A stretch of DNA of 64,000 bases from Octopus sinensis (Eukaryota): contig NC_042997.1 of NCBI RefSeq assembly GCF_006345805.1, forward strand, positions 55,180,001 to 55,244,000, given 5' to 3'. A program made the translations under genes and the position numbers. Each line of letters opens with the position of its first letter. Within the stretch, counting starts at the first letter, position 1. The notes beneath the pieces are model-generated. The model was given only the letters and a program-made list of their open reading frames with translations. It was not told the origin of the DNA and searched no databases. This document shows, in pieces, positions 26,516 through 40,840 of the stretch.

Positions 26516-27269
26516 TCTCTCTCTTTCTCTCTTCTCTCTTACTCTCTTTCTCTCTTCCCTCTTTCTCTCTTCTCTCTTACTCTTTCACTCTCACTTTCTC
26601 TCTTCTCTCTTACTTTCTCTCCTCAGAGACCCACCTTCCCCTTCACCCTTCATCGTCAACCCTCCCCACAAGCCCACCCCCTAAACATTCCTACTCCACC
26701 TTCCCTATCCTTCCCATCCCCATCCTATCTCTTACACCCTCTCCCACATACCCCTCCTCTACCCCCACCCGTGCTTTCCACACTCTGGCCTCCCCACCTC
26801 CCCTCCTCCCAACAACATCACACCACACTGCACCATACAACATTACACATGACTTCACAACACACCACCCACACACCAGCACTGACCAATTCCCATCCCC
26901 ACATTTTCACACCTACACATACATACACGCACACGTCAAGACCACCAGCCCCCTTTCACACGCACATAGTATTCTCTTATACACACACGCACCTTCGTGT
27001 TGGGGGTCATCTTTACTTTGTTATCTCCCCTACTTCTTCGCTCTCCTGTGTAACCCTTCTGTCCGGCAGTCGCCATGATAGATCGGTAGCCACTACACAC
27101 ATTTTTTCTCTCCCTGTTTCTCTCCTTGTTTTTTTCTGTGTCCCTTTCTGTAGAAGAGCGGAGGCTCGAAACGTAAAAGACTTTTTCAATTCCTGAGCGT
27201 TATACTAATACATTTGTTTGTTTTGTACACCACCTGTCTTCGAGTTTTGATTTTTTTCGCGAACTCTCC

Positions 27270-27270
<1 letters not shown>
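26465..27270 (+). mobile_element. Penelope-like terminal region with CT-rich tract and hammerhead-like motif at 27144-27179
   Basis: CTTT-CTGTAGA-A-GAGC-ggag-GCTC-GAAA-CGTA-AAAG; Penelope assignment is inferred from the motif, no RT or GIY-YIG ORF seen. Confidence 0.55.
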
Positions 27271-27312
<42 letters not shown>

Positions 27313-27554
27313 TATGTATGCATCTTTAAACATATAAACATGTAAGTGTAAATATATACATATAATTTATATGAAGGCTTACCATGTATGTTTGTGTATA
27401 CGGATACCTGTGTGCGTATGAATGTTTGTGTACGAACATGGAATTTTATGTCCCAGCAATTATTTGGCAAATGACTTGAAATATTTTATAACGTGAAGCG
27501 GAAAAGAACGTGTATGCGTGAGAAAGTGTGGAAGTGATTGTGTTTGTGATTAGC

Positions 27555-27710
27555 ATGCAGAGCATAGTGCTAAGCGATATTTCGTCTGTCTTTACGTTTT
27601 AAGTTCAAATTCCACCGGAGTCGACTTTGCCTCTTCCCCTTTTCGGTGGCGATAAAATAAGTACCTGTCGAACGCTAGCGTTGGTGTAATCAATTTAATC
27701 TTGTCCCCTA
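27555..27710 (+). mobile_element. Deu/Nin-like SINE (5'-degenerate)
   Basis: GTTCAAATTCCACCGGAGTCGACTTTGCC...GATAAAATAAGTACC. Confidence 0.7.
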
Positions 27711-30466
27711 GCACAGTCCGTAATATCCTGCAGGGTTGGTCTTGATAGAAAAACAAAGCCAGTACAGTGATCTGGAACCTATAGACCATAGTCTGCCTTA
27801 GTAATGATACAGCACAATCAAGTGAAAGCGAAAGACGAACGAATCATTCTTCGTTAAAAAAACCCCAACATAATGCCTATTGTTTAATGCAGGCAATTGC
27901 AGCTGTCATTGGTTTAATTTTATAGATGAGAGGCGTAAAAACAAAAAGCTTAATTTCGTGTGCCTCCCCGGCCATCATCCAGCCTCACCAAACAAAAAGC
28001 AAATGAAGATTTCGTAGTAATATCAACGCTGGTTGGCATCGCTGGAGAAGTACTGCAATTGTTATGACTTCTCTCTCTACATTTGATAATAGGATTGACT
28101 CCACCAGTTCATGCTGCATGTAAAATGTTCTAAGAACTTCCTTAACACATACACACAACAGTATGAATGCAAATATATAAATATTATATAAGCATAGTTT
28201 TCATATATAAGGGACGAGAGCACTCAATATAGCAAAATAATACAGCAAAATCAGTGCACTGTTTCCTGGGACCCAAGCAAGCGAAGGAACCACCAGCCTT
28301 ATTGCCATAACAGCTGAAACTAGTTCAAAATGGTTGTCATTGACAAGAAACTGCAGACGGATCACTTCTACAGGCGAAGGTTAATTTAGTCCTAGCTGTT
28401 ACACCCTGGCAAAGCATGCAGGCTAAAAAATAAAACCTTCCTGATTTTGAGATTACTGAATATACGGAAGTGTTTCCAACATTACGATATAGCTTTAGTC
28501 ACCAACAGAAAAAATCAGTATCTTAGAGTAACTTCTGCAGTTTCTGTGTGAGGTAAAGCATCTGTGAGAGGTAAAGATGTATATGTGTATGCATATAAGC
28601 TCAGATGCTCAAGTTGTATGTGTATGTTTGCACATATCAATATATGTTTTAGCATAGGATCCATTCTTTTTTTACGAAAGATTTTATCACGTTTTTTCCC
28701 CCGTTCATTTTCAATATGTTCTCATAGTTACCTTATCAAACGTCCATACTGTTTCACATATTAAAGTGAATTTATAAACAATGAACGATAATTTCATGCC
28801 TTACACTAGTTGACAATAGAGATTCTTCTGCATTAATTCTAACATACTTACTCATCGTCTTTGTTTTTTTCTGACTTAGCAAAACCTGACTTTTTGTCAC
28901 TTTTTCTCTTTGACAGCTGGTTGGTTTGTTTGTGTATCTGCTTGTCAGTAACTCGCTCTCTCTCTCTTTCTTTCCCTACCTCTCTTTCTTTTTCTCTCTC
29001 TCTTTCTTCCCCCCTCTCTCTCTCTCGTTCTCTCTCTCTTTCTTTCCCCCTCTCTCTTTCTCTCTCTCTATGTCTATACTCACATACTTGTGTTTGTTAG
29101 AGCATAACTAAATGCATGTGTACACGAGAGCTTAATTTTGAAGTTGACTATTGAATGACATTAAGACTGCTGGATAGGAAAATGCAACAATTGTAAACTT
29201 TTGTATTACACATTTCGAAATATTGAGTATTAGTTAAAATAGTTTGAAGACATTTGCATTGTAGGACCTTTAAAATATATGTCATCTTTTCACTAATCAC
29301 TATGTTCACAATACTTAACTCCGGTATCTGCAGCTTCAGCTGATTAAACAGCAAAAAATCGCTTTGTGGAGGATGCTAGCCTATTCGCCTGTAGCTTTCC
29401 CTAGAAATCATCTCTAATACATTCTCTAGCAAGGTAAATGTACAACATACGTAATTACGAAAGTTGTCCACAGGCGCCATAAAAGTCTTACATTGAAATG
29501 ATGAAGTCATGCTTCATTAGCCGTCCTCTTTCTGTTAAGGTAGTTCTGTAACATGAAAATAAATGACTTCATTAAATATCGATGGATTCTTTATGGGAAG
29601 GTGTGATGGTAGTGGTGGTGCGACTTGAAGTGTAGGCAGTTCTGATCACGTTTTATGACTGTTAATCTTCTGTATTGTCTCAGATGTGATGAAAGGCAAA
29701 GTTGCTTTCATTAGTGGTCGAAGCGTAGACAGGTGACGCAGAATAGTACATATAGTCATGTAGATACCAACTAGTTCTAACCTGTACGGTCTGCACCGAA
29801 TGTCTTTAGATATTGATTTTGATGGTGGCTCTGGGAAAAAAAGAAAGAAAAAAGAAAAATGAGGACTATACGCACATAGTTCGTTGTTTAGTATATTGGA
29901 AGTTGCTTTCATATCGAGCCTCCGGGTATGAAACATTCCATCGCACACGTCATTACAATATATATTTTGCTTTACATTCACACACACACACACAAAATAT
30001 ACATACACAAATACACAGAAATACGCAGATCACTGATGTTTTATTCGAGTTTAAATTTATTCGTTAAGATATATGTGCTCTTATGGCCTCGAAAATATTT
30101 ATGCCCTAGTTAATTTGCATAAATGAAATGAATATGAGCTAACTCTGAGTGACCACTGTCATGTGTTTGCACAACAAAGACAAATAAGGATATATTAAAT
30201 ACCATACAATTCATGATTTGGTGACAGTTTCTCAACTCCCAAATATAAGTTGGCTCCAGTAGCCAAGAAACAATTGATCTACCCTCTCTGAAAGTGAGGA
30301 TTGTTTCAATAGACCAATATTTCATCTTGTACGATCTTTCATATACACTTGTTCATCTCAGTTGCTCAAATAAATGTCACCAACAAATTTAAATTAGCTT
30401 AGTTCATTTTCTGCTCCCATTTAGCTTTATATATATATGTATATATATATATATATATTCACACAT

Positions 30467-30704
30467 AAATAACAAATGAAAGACGAAAGATGGAATATAC
30501 GAGAATATAGTATTAAGCACTCCTCTTGTGGGACACACAAAACTGGCTCGGAAGTATCCGGTGGTGCAGACGTATCTCATCGGGTGATAAATAAATAAAA
30601 AAAAACTCTTTAAAAGAGGAGTCGATGCTAGATGTGTCGAAACAATTGTTGTCATTCATAATATATTCTCGTATATTCCATCTTCCGCCTTTCATTTGTT
30701 ATTT
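30467..30704. repeat. 43-bp inverted repeats (30467-30509 / 30662-30704) around ~150 bp
   Basis: Arms differ at 2 of 43 positions; interior contains GTC-GAAA-CAATTG-TT. Confidence 0.85.
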
Positions 30705-30708
30705 ACCT

Positions 30709-30741
30709 ACGATCACTTTGAAAGTGATCGTGCTTTACTAG
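30709..30741 (+). mobile_element. Helitron-type 3' terminus
   Basis: Palindrome ACGATCACTTT-G-AAAGTGATCGT followed 6 nt later by CTAG|T. Confidence 0.5.
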
Positions 30742-30833
30742 TAAGCTACCAGGTGTAAACCATTCGTTATTTATCCATTATATATATATATATTATATAT
30801 ATATATATACATACATAATACATATATCATATG

Positions 30834-30886
<53 letters not shown>

Positions 30887-30896
30887 CATACATACA

Positions 30897-31020
<124 letters not shown>

Positions 31021-31835
31021 ATAGTTAGCGCCATACTAATATGGCATTCTTATAAAAATAAGAATAAAAGCTGTCCGCTTATTAGCTCCATGAGGCCATC
31101 GCCTTAAGTTAGCTATTTGATATTTTAATATGTATGTATATATATTTATGTATGTATGTATTTGTTTTGCAAGATTCCGGATATGAAATCGTATGTTTGA
31201 ACAGATATCGTTAGAATGGAAAAATCAGGACAGGAGGAGACATGTGGGATGGAGGAGGTTACTGGATGTGTGACGAAAGATTTTAGACAAAGGACACTAA
31301 AATAAGAACAACGATAAAACTGAAGTGATGAACAAGTAAATAGTACCTGTGGTACTAAATAATGACCATCTCGAAATATAACAATATTCACACACACACA
31401 CACACATTGCGCGCACAAACACACATATGACCATATATGCCCTAATGTTAGATTATTTTCTGTAGTCAATATATTTTCTGTAGTCAATTTCAATCGCCAC
31501 CTTTTCCTGATTCACTTAGAATTCACGCCTAATTTCACGCTTACTGCTATGAAAAAGGTGGGTACTTATGAAAATAAGAAGCGTAGGTTCGATACCGGCG
31601 CGTACTAATGCCCACTTCCTATAGTCAATATACGGTGAAGGTTTATAATCCGATTTATAAAATTTCAATCGCTACCGTTTCCTAATTCACACAGTATTCG
31701 CCAATGAAACCATAGTTCCAAAAATTAACGGAAACACGGGTAGGTATGTTGGCGTAATGAGTGAGCTCACTTATAGCGATAATATTAGTCTATTTCTGCA
31801 GTCAATATACGTTGAAGGCTTATAATTCAATTTAC

Positions 31836-31918
<83 letters not shown>

Positions 31919-32857
31919 GTATACACACATCACGACGTGCGTTTGTATAGTTTCTGACAGCCAATTTCACGCTGACAATGTGTATGAATCAAAGTGCTAC
32001 GCAGTGAGATCAAATCTAGACCTTTGCAACTGCAAGTCGAATTTATTGACTGCACAGTCATTTAGATTTACAAGAGAACTGAACTGAAGACTTAAAAAAC
32101 TAACTACAATCGCGTTTAAAACGGGAACCAGCCGCATATTAGATCGGGCTTATCATATTACAATCCTCTTAATTCTGGTTCTAGTATGTCTACTCGAACA
32201 TTTTGTTAGATCTAATTCAAAATATAGTTTCCTAGTTACAGCAAAATTGATGAATCAAGTAAAAGAATAGTAAGCTCTTGTTTTATTGGATCGTAGAATT
32301 GTAGGGAGAACTTTCTTTTTGAATGTGAACCGAATCAGTAAAACTACAGTGGAAGGAAAAGATAATAGTAAGCGTGGAATACAAGATATACATGAATTTA
32401 TGAATAAATTTAGCTTCAGTTATATAGCAAAACAACCAAGGACACGAAAAGCCAAAGACCATCTGTGACTCAGTAAATCACTTCGATATAGTCATTCCCC
32501 TTTCATACACAAATACCAAAACACAAACTTATGCAAACAGAACTATCCCCCCCTCCTCCGCCAGTATGTATACATATGTACATAAAGGCGCGTCCACAAA
32601 TTTCTGATTATTTTTTTCCCCTCAGGGTTTTCGCTTTCTTTATCTGCATCGTTATCATACTGCAACATTCTGTCGCTCTGTATATGCAATATATGCACAC
32701 ACACACACACACCACACACACACACACACACGCACACACCACACACATGCACACACACACAGACACACACACACTATTATCACCACCATGGATATAATAA
32801 CTGAACCTACATGTTTTATACTACCCTAAAATATACCTTACATTTCACTGGATTAAA

Positions 32858-33256
32858 TGTATGTATGTATGTATGTATGTATGCATGCATGCATGCATGT
32901 ATGTATGTATGTATGTATGTATGTATGTATGCATGTATGTATGTATGTATGTATGTATGCATGTATGTATGCATGTATGTATGTATGTATGTATGTATGT
33001 ATGTATGCATGCATGCATGCATGTATGTATGTATGTATGTATGTATATATGTATGCATGTGTGTGTATGTATGTATATATGTATTTATCTATCTATCAAT
33101 CTATCTACATCTATCTGTCTATCTCTTTCTTATATATATATGTGTGTGTGTGTGTGTTATCTCTTTCTTATATATATATGTGTGTGTGTGTGTAATATGT
33201 GTGTGTACGCGTGTATATGTGCCTGAGTGTGTGTGTGTGTGTGTGTGTGCGCGAGT

Positions 33257-33290
<34 letters not shown>
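32858..33290. repeat. (TATG)/(CATG)n, (TATC)n, (TG)n/(CA)n microsatellites; (TA)n/(TATC)n at 34100-34470; (AG)n at 35460-35645
   Basis: Direct inspection. Confidence 0.95.
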
Positions 33291-33293
<3 letters not shown>

Positions 33294-34099
33294 TCACATA
33301 GATATGAAATTATATAATTTATACCAAAATAATCAAATATCCCTTTCCAAATAGTTTTCTTTTTTCTTTTTTTTTTTACAGTTGATAACTTTTTGCTAAG
33401 GTGAGAAACTGGCTTTCACGATACGAGAAGAAATAGTGCCTTAGTTTTAATTAACGTCGTCGGCAACTGATTGGCCGCCTCTTAAGAAATCCCAGTATTG
33501 TAGCTTCCTGTAGGTATGTCTTCCTACTCATCCTGCTCTTTTGGTAAGAATTAAGAAAAAAAAACGACATCTGTAAACAGCAATGAGTGACTTAGAGTGC
33601 AAGTCCAGCCCTTCTCATTGACCACAGGGTTGGTCAATCTGCTGGTACTGGGGACTTGGCGCAGATATTTTTCCATATACAGATTCTGGTTTATCTTCTC
33701 ATTGCTAAGCATCTTTGTCTCTCTTCTTTCCTTTTGTTTGTTTGTTTGTTTGTTTCTTTCTTTCTTACCCTCATTTTTCTTTCTTTCTTTCGTTCTTCTT
33801 TCATTCTTTCTTCATTTCTTTCCATTTGCACCATCCACATTTCCAATAACTAAACAGAAATATTCCACTTATTCTGTCTTTATGTTGGATCTCATACACA
33901 TCTCTTCTTCATACTGTTTGTATTTCCCTTTTACACTCCTTCTAAATTTCTCTCATCTTTTATGCCTCTCCTCACCCATCTCTTTCTCTCTCCCTCTCTG
34001 TATCTATCTTTGTCTTTCATTCAGTCTCCTTCTTGCTCCTGCCGTTTCATTTATCTTCTTTCTTAATCATTCATTCATTTTCTCTCTCTCTCTCACTCT

Positions 34100-34173
<74 letters not shown>

Positions 34174-34217
34174 GCTTCTTTTCGACACCGCATACATGCA
34201 CACACAACATGCGCGCA

Positions 34218-34280
<63 letters not shown>

Positions 34281-34353
34281 TATCTATCCTATCTACTATC
34301 TATCTATCTACCTACCTATCTATCCATCTATCTATCTATCTATCTATCTATCT

Positions 34354-34401
<48 letters not shown>

Positions 34402-34431
34402 CCTACCTACCTACCTATCTATCTATCTATC

Positions 34432-34472
<41 letters not shown>

Positions 34473-34554
34473 ATGTCTGTCTGTCTGTGTGTGTCCCTAT
34501 CCATCTCCTCCTCCTCTCTCTCTCTCTCCCTATTTATATATATAAATATATACA

Positions 34555-34715
34555 CATACAAAATAAGAGGAATGACCACCAAAGTGGATTCCAAATATGC
34601 TAAAGATAGATGTCAAATTGCCATACTACGAAGAGTGTGTTCTCAAGAACGATTTGACGTCTCTCTTTAGCATATTTGGAATCCACTTTGGCGGTCATTC
34701 TTCTTAATTTGTATG
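34555..34715. repeat. 161-bp fold-back (64-bp arms, 33-nt loop), MITE-like
   Basis: 34555-34618 and 34652-34715 are reverse complements with ~5 mismatches. Confidence 0.9.
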
Positions 34716-34804
34716 CAATATAATTTTTAATCCTCGGATTTTTACATATGCTAAGCCACTTGTTTTAATTGATTAATATCAAATTCTACCTTCATTATAT
34801 ATGT

Positions 34805-34855
<51 letters not shown>

Positions 34856-35336
34856 ACACATGCACTGTCACACATGCACTGTCACACACTGACACATGCA
34901 CAGAGTTACACACAAACATACATCTATGTCGATGTTCTCTTATCTCTCTATCCATCACATACATTCTCTCGTTGTTTCTCCTCTGCTATTGCCACATTCC
35001 CATCCCTTCTCCTCCATCTCCGCCTCTGTCTCTGTACCTGCCCCCTCCCTCTCTTGCTGTTACTGAGTTTCTTTCTGCCTAGACTTGTATCTGCTTCTTT
35101 ATTATTGTTTTGTGCACTTCTCTTCTCTCTATGCTTCCATACTTTCTTCCCATTCCTCTTTAATTCAAATATAGTTGCAGTATTTATATATTTATTTTTC
35201 AATATTATGAAATACACTGTTACTTACTTCGTGCCGTAATTTATTTCCCGCTGTTTTCGTACGCGTGTAACAAACGCGCGCGCGCGTGTGTGTATCTGTG
35301 ATTGTGTGTGTGTGTGTGTGTGCCTGCGTATATGTG

Positions 35337-35368
<32 letters not shown>

Positions 35369-35460
35369 GTGTGCGCGCGCGAGTATTGTGTGTGTGAATG
35401 ACTGAGTGTATGTGATGGGATAGTATCTTGTGTATTCGCACGTGCTATCAGGTAAAAGCC

Positions 35461-35583
<123 letters not shown>

Positions 35584-36239
35584 AAGAGAGAGAGAAAGAA
35601 AGAGAGAGAAAGAAAGAAAGAGAGAAAGAAGGAGAGAGAGAGAGGCAGAGAGAAGAGAAGAGAGTAGAACAGGAAGGATTAAAAAATTTAAAGGGAGGGA
35701 ATGTACACAAAGGATAGGGATAAAGAATATGGATATGCGATAACATTTGTTAACAAATAAGAGAACAACTATCATCACTTGTGCTAGAATATCGCAATAC
35801 ACCAAACTTGGAATCCTTCGGTGAAATATGTTGCAATAAAAGTGCCATAAACGACCACACAGAGACAGCGATGTCAAAATGAAATGATCCAATAACATTT
35901 TTAAAGCGAAATGTGGTTGGCTGGTCCACAGTCAAATCTGAAACCGCCGATTCGCAAAGTCTCAGAAGCTTCATATGAGCATAACAAACAGTTTAAGCCT
36001 TAAGGCCAAAAAAGTAATTTAATATTAGTTGCATACTTACGAATTTGAAAAATTAAAGATTCATTATTTTTCTGATCACAGATGCGCTCCCATAGGTTCC
36101 TATAAACTTGCAATTCGCCCCTGGTGTTAAAAAAGGATACTTCATTCATCATTTGAAGGTATGCAACACTGAAAACAAAAATATAACTTTTGTGTATAGA
36201 GCATTGTATTAACATTTCATAAATATTTTCAACAACCAG

Positions 36240-36545
36240 CAGGTTATGGTCGTGAGGTTAATAAGTTCGATTCGCAACTACCATGGGCTAATGTCTACTA
36301 CTATAGGCCCTGGTTCGACTAATGTCACTTGATATTGGGAAACTACTCTGTGTGTGTGTCTTTGAGTTTGTTTTTGAGATCTTACACCGCGTAGCAATCA
36401 CTGTTCCTGTCTCTGTAACTTAGCGGTTTGGCAAGAAGAATTGATAGAATGGGTAGCAGACTTTGAAAATAAGCACTGATGTTAATTTGAACGATTAAAA
36501 CAATTCAAGGTGGTTTCCCAACATGGCCGCAATTCAGTGACCGAA
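36240..36545 (+). mobile_element. Degenerate composite SINE (family of 12167-12724)
   Basis: Recognisable body (TAGCGGTTTGGCAAGAAG...GATAGAAT) and tail (CCAACATGGCCGCAATTCAGTGACCGAAAC). Confidence 0.6.
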
Positions 36546-36761
36546 ACAAATAAGAGAATATAAAGGATAAGTAGGAATTTGGTGATTTACGAAGTGGGGA
36601 TTGGGTGAAAAACTAAAATGAACTTACAATCACGTTTCGATATGTTTGTAACTCCACTTTACATTGTTTCTACTACAATAATGGATGTTTATGACAATAA
36701 CGACGAGAGTGATACTAATAATTCTGTGACTGTTATAATGATGATAATGTAATTAATAATA

Positions 36762-36793
<32 letters not shown>

Positions 36794-39734
36794 AATGACG
36801 ACGACGATGATGATGACGATTATTTAATATCATTGCCTTCAAATTTCTCAGACTGACCATAGCTTGCAAATAGCTCTTAGCATTCGTTTTATAACATTTT
36901 AGGAAGAGATATTGAAATGAACCCTGAAACCCCATATAGAAATGTAACTTTTATGACACGGATATAAATTAATTGTACGTGCACTATGCATCTTTATAAA
37001 TTGCATACGCACAGTGACACTTTGGATGTCTCTTAATCGTCATATTCAGTCTTGAACCCATAAAAAAACTCCATTTTTTGAGCCGTTTTACTGAATAGTG
37101 ACTTTGACATATTCACTCTTGATTGTGTCATCAAAAAAATTAGTTCCGAAATGCACATTTAGGTTTGATCTTCTGTTTTTGACATTAATTTTCAAGAAAT
37201 AATTCATTTGGCCTTGAGTATACGCTTTAAGTCTTAGATTTGGTTTAGTACAACAATTTTGACTTCGCGACTTTGTTCTCAGACACAGTCACGTGGTTTC
37301 TTAAAGTGTAACTCTAATCACCGGTACTTCTTTGTTCGAATTTGATAAAGGCAAATAAGACTCTGTGAAGTATTTGAATTAAAAGAAAGTATTAAAACTG
37401 TTTTATAAGCATTTTGAAAGTTATATATCAACACTTTAATACTTTCTCTTAATAAAATCAGTGTGCATTCATGAAAGCATTCGTTGTTGGAATTCAGTCG
37501 CTAGAATTTCTTCTTGATCAGCTTCGGAGATATTGGTTATAACCCAAAACCGAAATGTATTTATTTCTAATTTAATTTTCAAATGTATATGGAAATCTTT
37601 TATAATTTAGATGAGCACATTTTGTTCTCCAGTAACTTTAGATAAGTATTAAAATTAAATCCTGCTAGAAACTATTGTTCATGCACCAGAATCAACCTAC
37701 CAGCTCATTGTTTATGATCTTAGAAATTAAGATTGTTATCTACGTAGGCAATGACATTTCTGGTATTTATGAAATATAAATAATTATATGTTAATTCTTT
37801 ACAGACAAATAAAAAAAAATGTAAAATTACCAGTTTCTTAATTTACTTTCAAAAGCCTCACGTTCAAACTTGCTATTTTGAATTCTGTTGCAGCTTTAAT
37901 AAGACGTTGTTGTTTCTAGCGTTTTAATTAATTAGGCCCCGACAGAGTTTGCATAGTGTTCGGTGCCAGTGAGTAACTGATATGTTTGCTCTAGCAAATA
38001 CGAAGCAGTAATACCGAGAAATCTCACCAGTGAGATTACGTGGAAACGACACTACTAGGTTTATTGAAGAAATTCAAAGCAGTACACAATATCTCATGTG
38101 GATCGAATTTCTTTCAATTTCCCCAAGGATGACCGGAAAAAATGAGAATATATACTAAAAGGAATATGTGAAATTAAGTTTCATAAAATTATCTCATCGT
38201 CCTTATAGCTGTTGATGAAAGAAAATTCTGAAGTTAAATTTGTTTGTAGCGATTGTAAGAAAGGAGAAAAAAACATATATATGAAATACTTTAAACACGA
38301 TAGAGAAAAAAAGGGAGCGATAGAAGAACCCTAAAAAGAGCAGAAGCAAACAATGTAGCCAAGAATATTGTCAGACTACTGTCTACAAAACCAAACGAAA
38401 AAGTGAATAGAGAAAAGATAATATAATCTATAAAAAAAGGAAAGAAAAGAAAAATTGAAAGGAAACGAAAGAAATGATTTAAAAAAAAGATGTCAAATTT
38501 GACCAAGACTGGTTTATTTCGCTGTTAGCTTTTAGCAATAAGACTTTTAATAAACAGTAGTTTTGGTGCGTAATTCTGTAGGGATTTTTTAACGTATTGT
38601 TTGGTTGTCGGTGAGAGTAATAGCATGAAATATAAGAAAGAAAAGAAAGGTGGAGGTAGTATTGGCAAAAGAAAAATCTTTAGGACTGATGAAGACTGAT
38701 CGAAAGCTAAAGAAATGAATATGCATTGAGTTTATAGAAAGATAGATACATGTATAGGGAGGAGGGGGAGAGGAAATTTTGTCACATAGCAGTTAGTCGA
38801 ACATCTGTCACAGCCAAATATTCCATTTGTTAGCAGAATTTGGCTGAACGCTATTTGTGAATTGATCGGCCTCTTGTCCCCATTTCCCCGCTCAAGGACT
38901 AGCACCAGTTTCTTTCCATCTGAATATACTGAATACTATCAATAGGATTATTTCAATATCCATTGCACCGGGCCATGGTATATCTCCCATGTGGTTCAGC
39001 ACTAACTACGCCGAACCAACTCACACACCATTACTTCTCACCGCCACTCTTCCATCTTTTCTTTCTTCTACTCGGAGCAATATTCAAACCATGATTTCCC
39101 CTGGCGATAACTTCCTGAAAGCGTCACGTTGATATAGCGCTATGTGCATTGCACCTTGTTCTTACTGCTTGCCTGCTATCTTCACCGCCGGCGTCGCTGC
39201 AGCTGACACCGTCATCGACTTGAAGTCTCATAGAACAACAAGAGAAACATCAGTAATTCCACTACATTCATGCCGGTAGTGTTGCTTGATGCTGACTGAA
39301 TTATTTTCCTTTCTTTCTGCATATCTTTCTGTGTTTATTTATTTTTTATCGCCTTCCATCTTAAAATATTGTTTTTAAACGAATTCAATCATATTCCTCT
39401 TCTACCCCTCCCTGTTCTCTCTTTCCCTTCCGTTTCTCTGTCTACCAGTTTATATATTTCACTCGCTCATTCTCTTTCTCTTCTACTCCCGCTCTCTCTC
39501 TATATATATATTCACAGCTTTCCTTCATTTCTATATTTTTTCTTTACACTGTGTTTATCTCAACCTTTCCCACTTGCTTATTACGTTATTTTTCTATGTT
39601 GTATTCTTAACCTTCTTTATGACACCACTCTTCTTCCTCAATACACGCATTTAGTCAGCTAGTCAGCATTACACACGTCCACCCGTCTATTTATTCATAT
39701 TTATATCTATCTTTCTAGTCAGCTAGTCAGCAAT

Positions 39735-40030
39735 CCATCCATCCATCCATCCATCCATCCATCCGTCCGTCCGTCCGTCCGTCCGTCCGTCCGTCCGTCC
39801 GTCCATCCATCCATTCATCCATCCATCCATCCATCGTCAACGAATCAGGCAGTTAATTGGTCAATCAATCAACCAGGCAACCAGGACTCTAGCTAAACAA
39901 TGATCAATCAAGCAACCAATCAACTCACAAACTAGCCAGCCGGCCAACCACTCGATTACAAACCATTGGACCAGCCAACTAATTAGCCAAGCCAACCAGT
40001 CTCCCAGTCAACTAAGTCACGAAACCAGCC
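39735..40030. repeat. (CATC)n-(CGTC)n-(CATC)n tract grading into degenerate tetranucleotide repeats
   Basis: Direct inspection. Confidence 0.9.
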
Positions 40031-40840
40031 GCAACATAAATCAGTTATTCTCCCAGTTTTGAGGATTCTTTTTTTAATTATCATTCTTATTCTTTTCAAG
40101 TACTATTATGGGTGAAGTGATAGTCATTCATTGCTTGCAGTGGTCGAATCGGTTTCAAAACGGTGATGCTACCCGAAATACAGCCACACATACCATATTC
40201 ACTACGGCCCTAACACTCACCTTCTAAATGAAAGCAAACTTCACGAAATCCCTCCTCCTCTTCTTCTTCATCAACATCATCACTATCATCATTGTTGTTA
40301 TTATTATACCCTATAATGTTGTCTGCATTGATGTAACTTTCTCATCTAGTCCAGTTCGATTTCTGGAGAAAATATGCGAAGTAAGATTGTATGTTGTTGT
40401 CCATCTTTCAAAAATTTTCTGAAATACTGTACTCCTTTTTGTATCGTTGCCGCGAAGAGGTTAAGGTTGGTGTCAGCAAGGACCTAATGTTTTAAGTATC
40501 ACACATCATTCATGAAACCACTGGCTACAAGAAATCCACCTCATCTACAATGAGAGGCAGTTAAGCAAACTTCACAACTGATCCTGACATCAGCCAGGTC
40601 TGCTCATTTGCCATTCTTTCAGTTTTTTTACAAATCTGTATATCGGTATCCATCGCTCCTGAATGGGACTGGAGGCTAGTTGTCTCGCCTCTTACTTTCA
40701 GGTATTCTAACACCCAGCATTATAAGGGAGTTGCCCCCAAAAAGTTACACAGCAACGAACACCGGTGAACCAGCAAAGCACATAAATTGAGTATGTGCAG
40801 TCGATGGTATATATATATATATATATATATATGTAATACA

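Noticed and set aside
27989-28113. Minus-strand AG/GT-bounded open segment HELVESILLSNVEREVITIAVLLQRCQPALILLRNLHLLFV, faintly like a PEX6 AAA region
   Set aside because: Similarity limited to a few residues, no neighbouring exons with AAA motifs found.
29679-29727. Plus-strand exon-like segment VMKGKVAFISGRSVD resembling an SDR N-terminus
   Set aside because: The required GxxxGxG motif is absent and no continuation was found.
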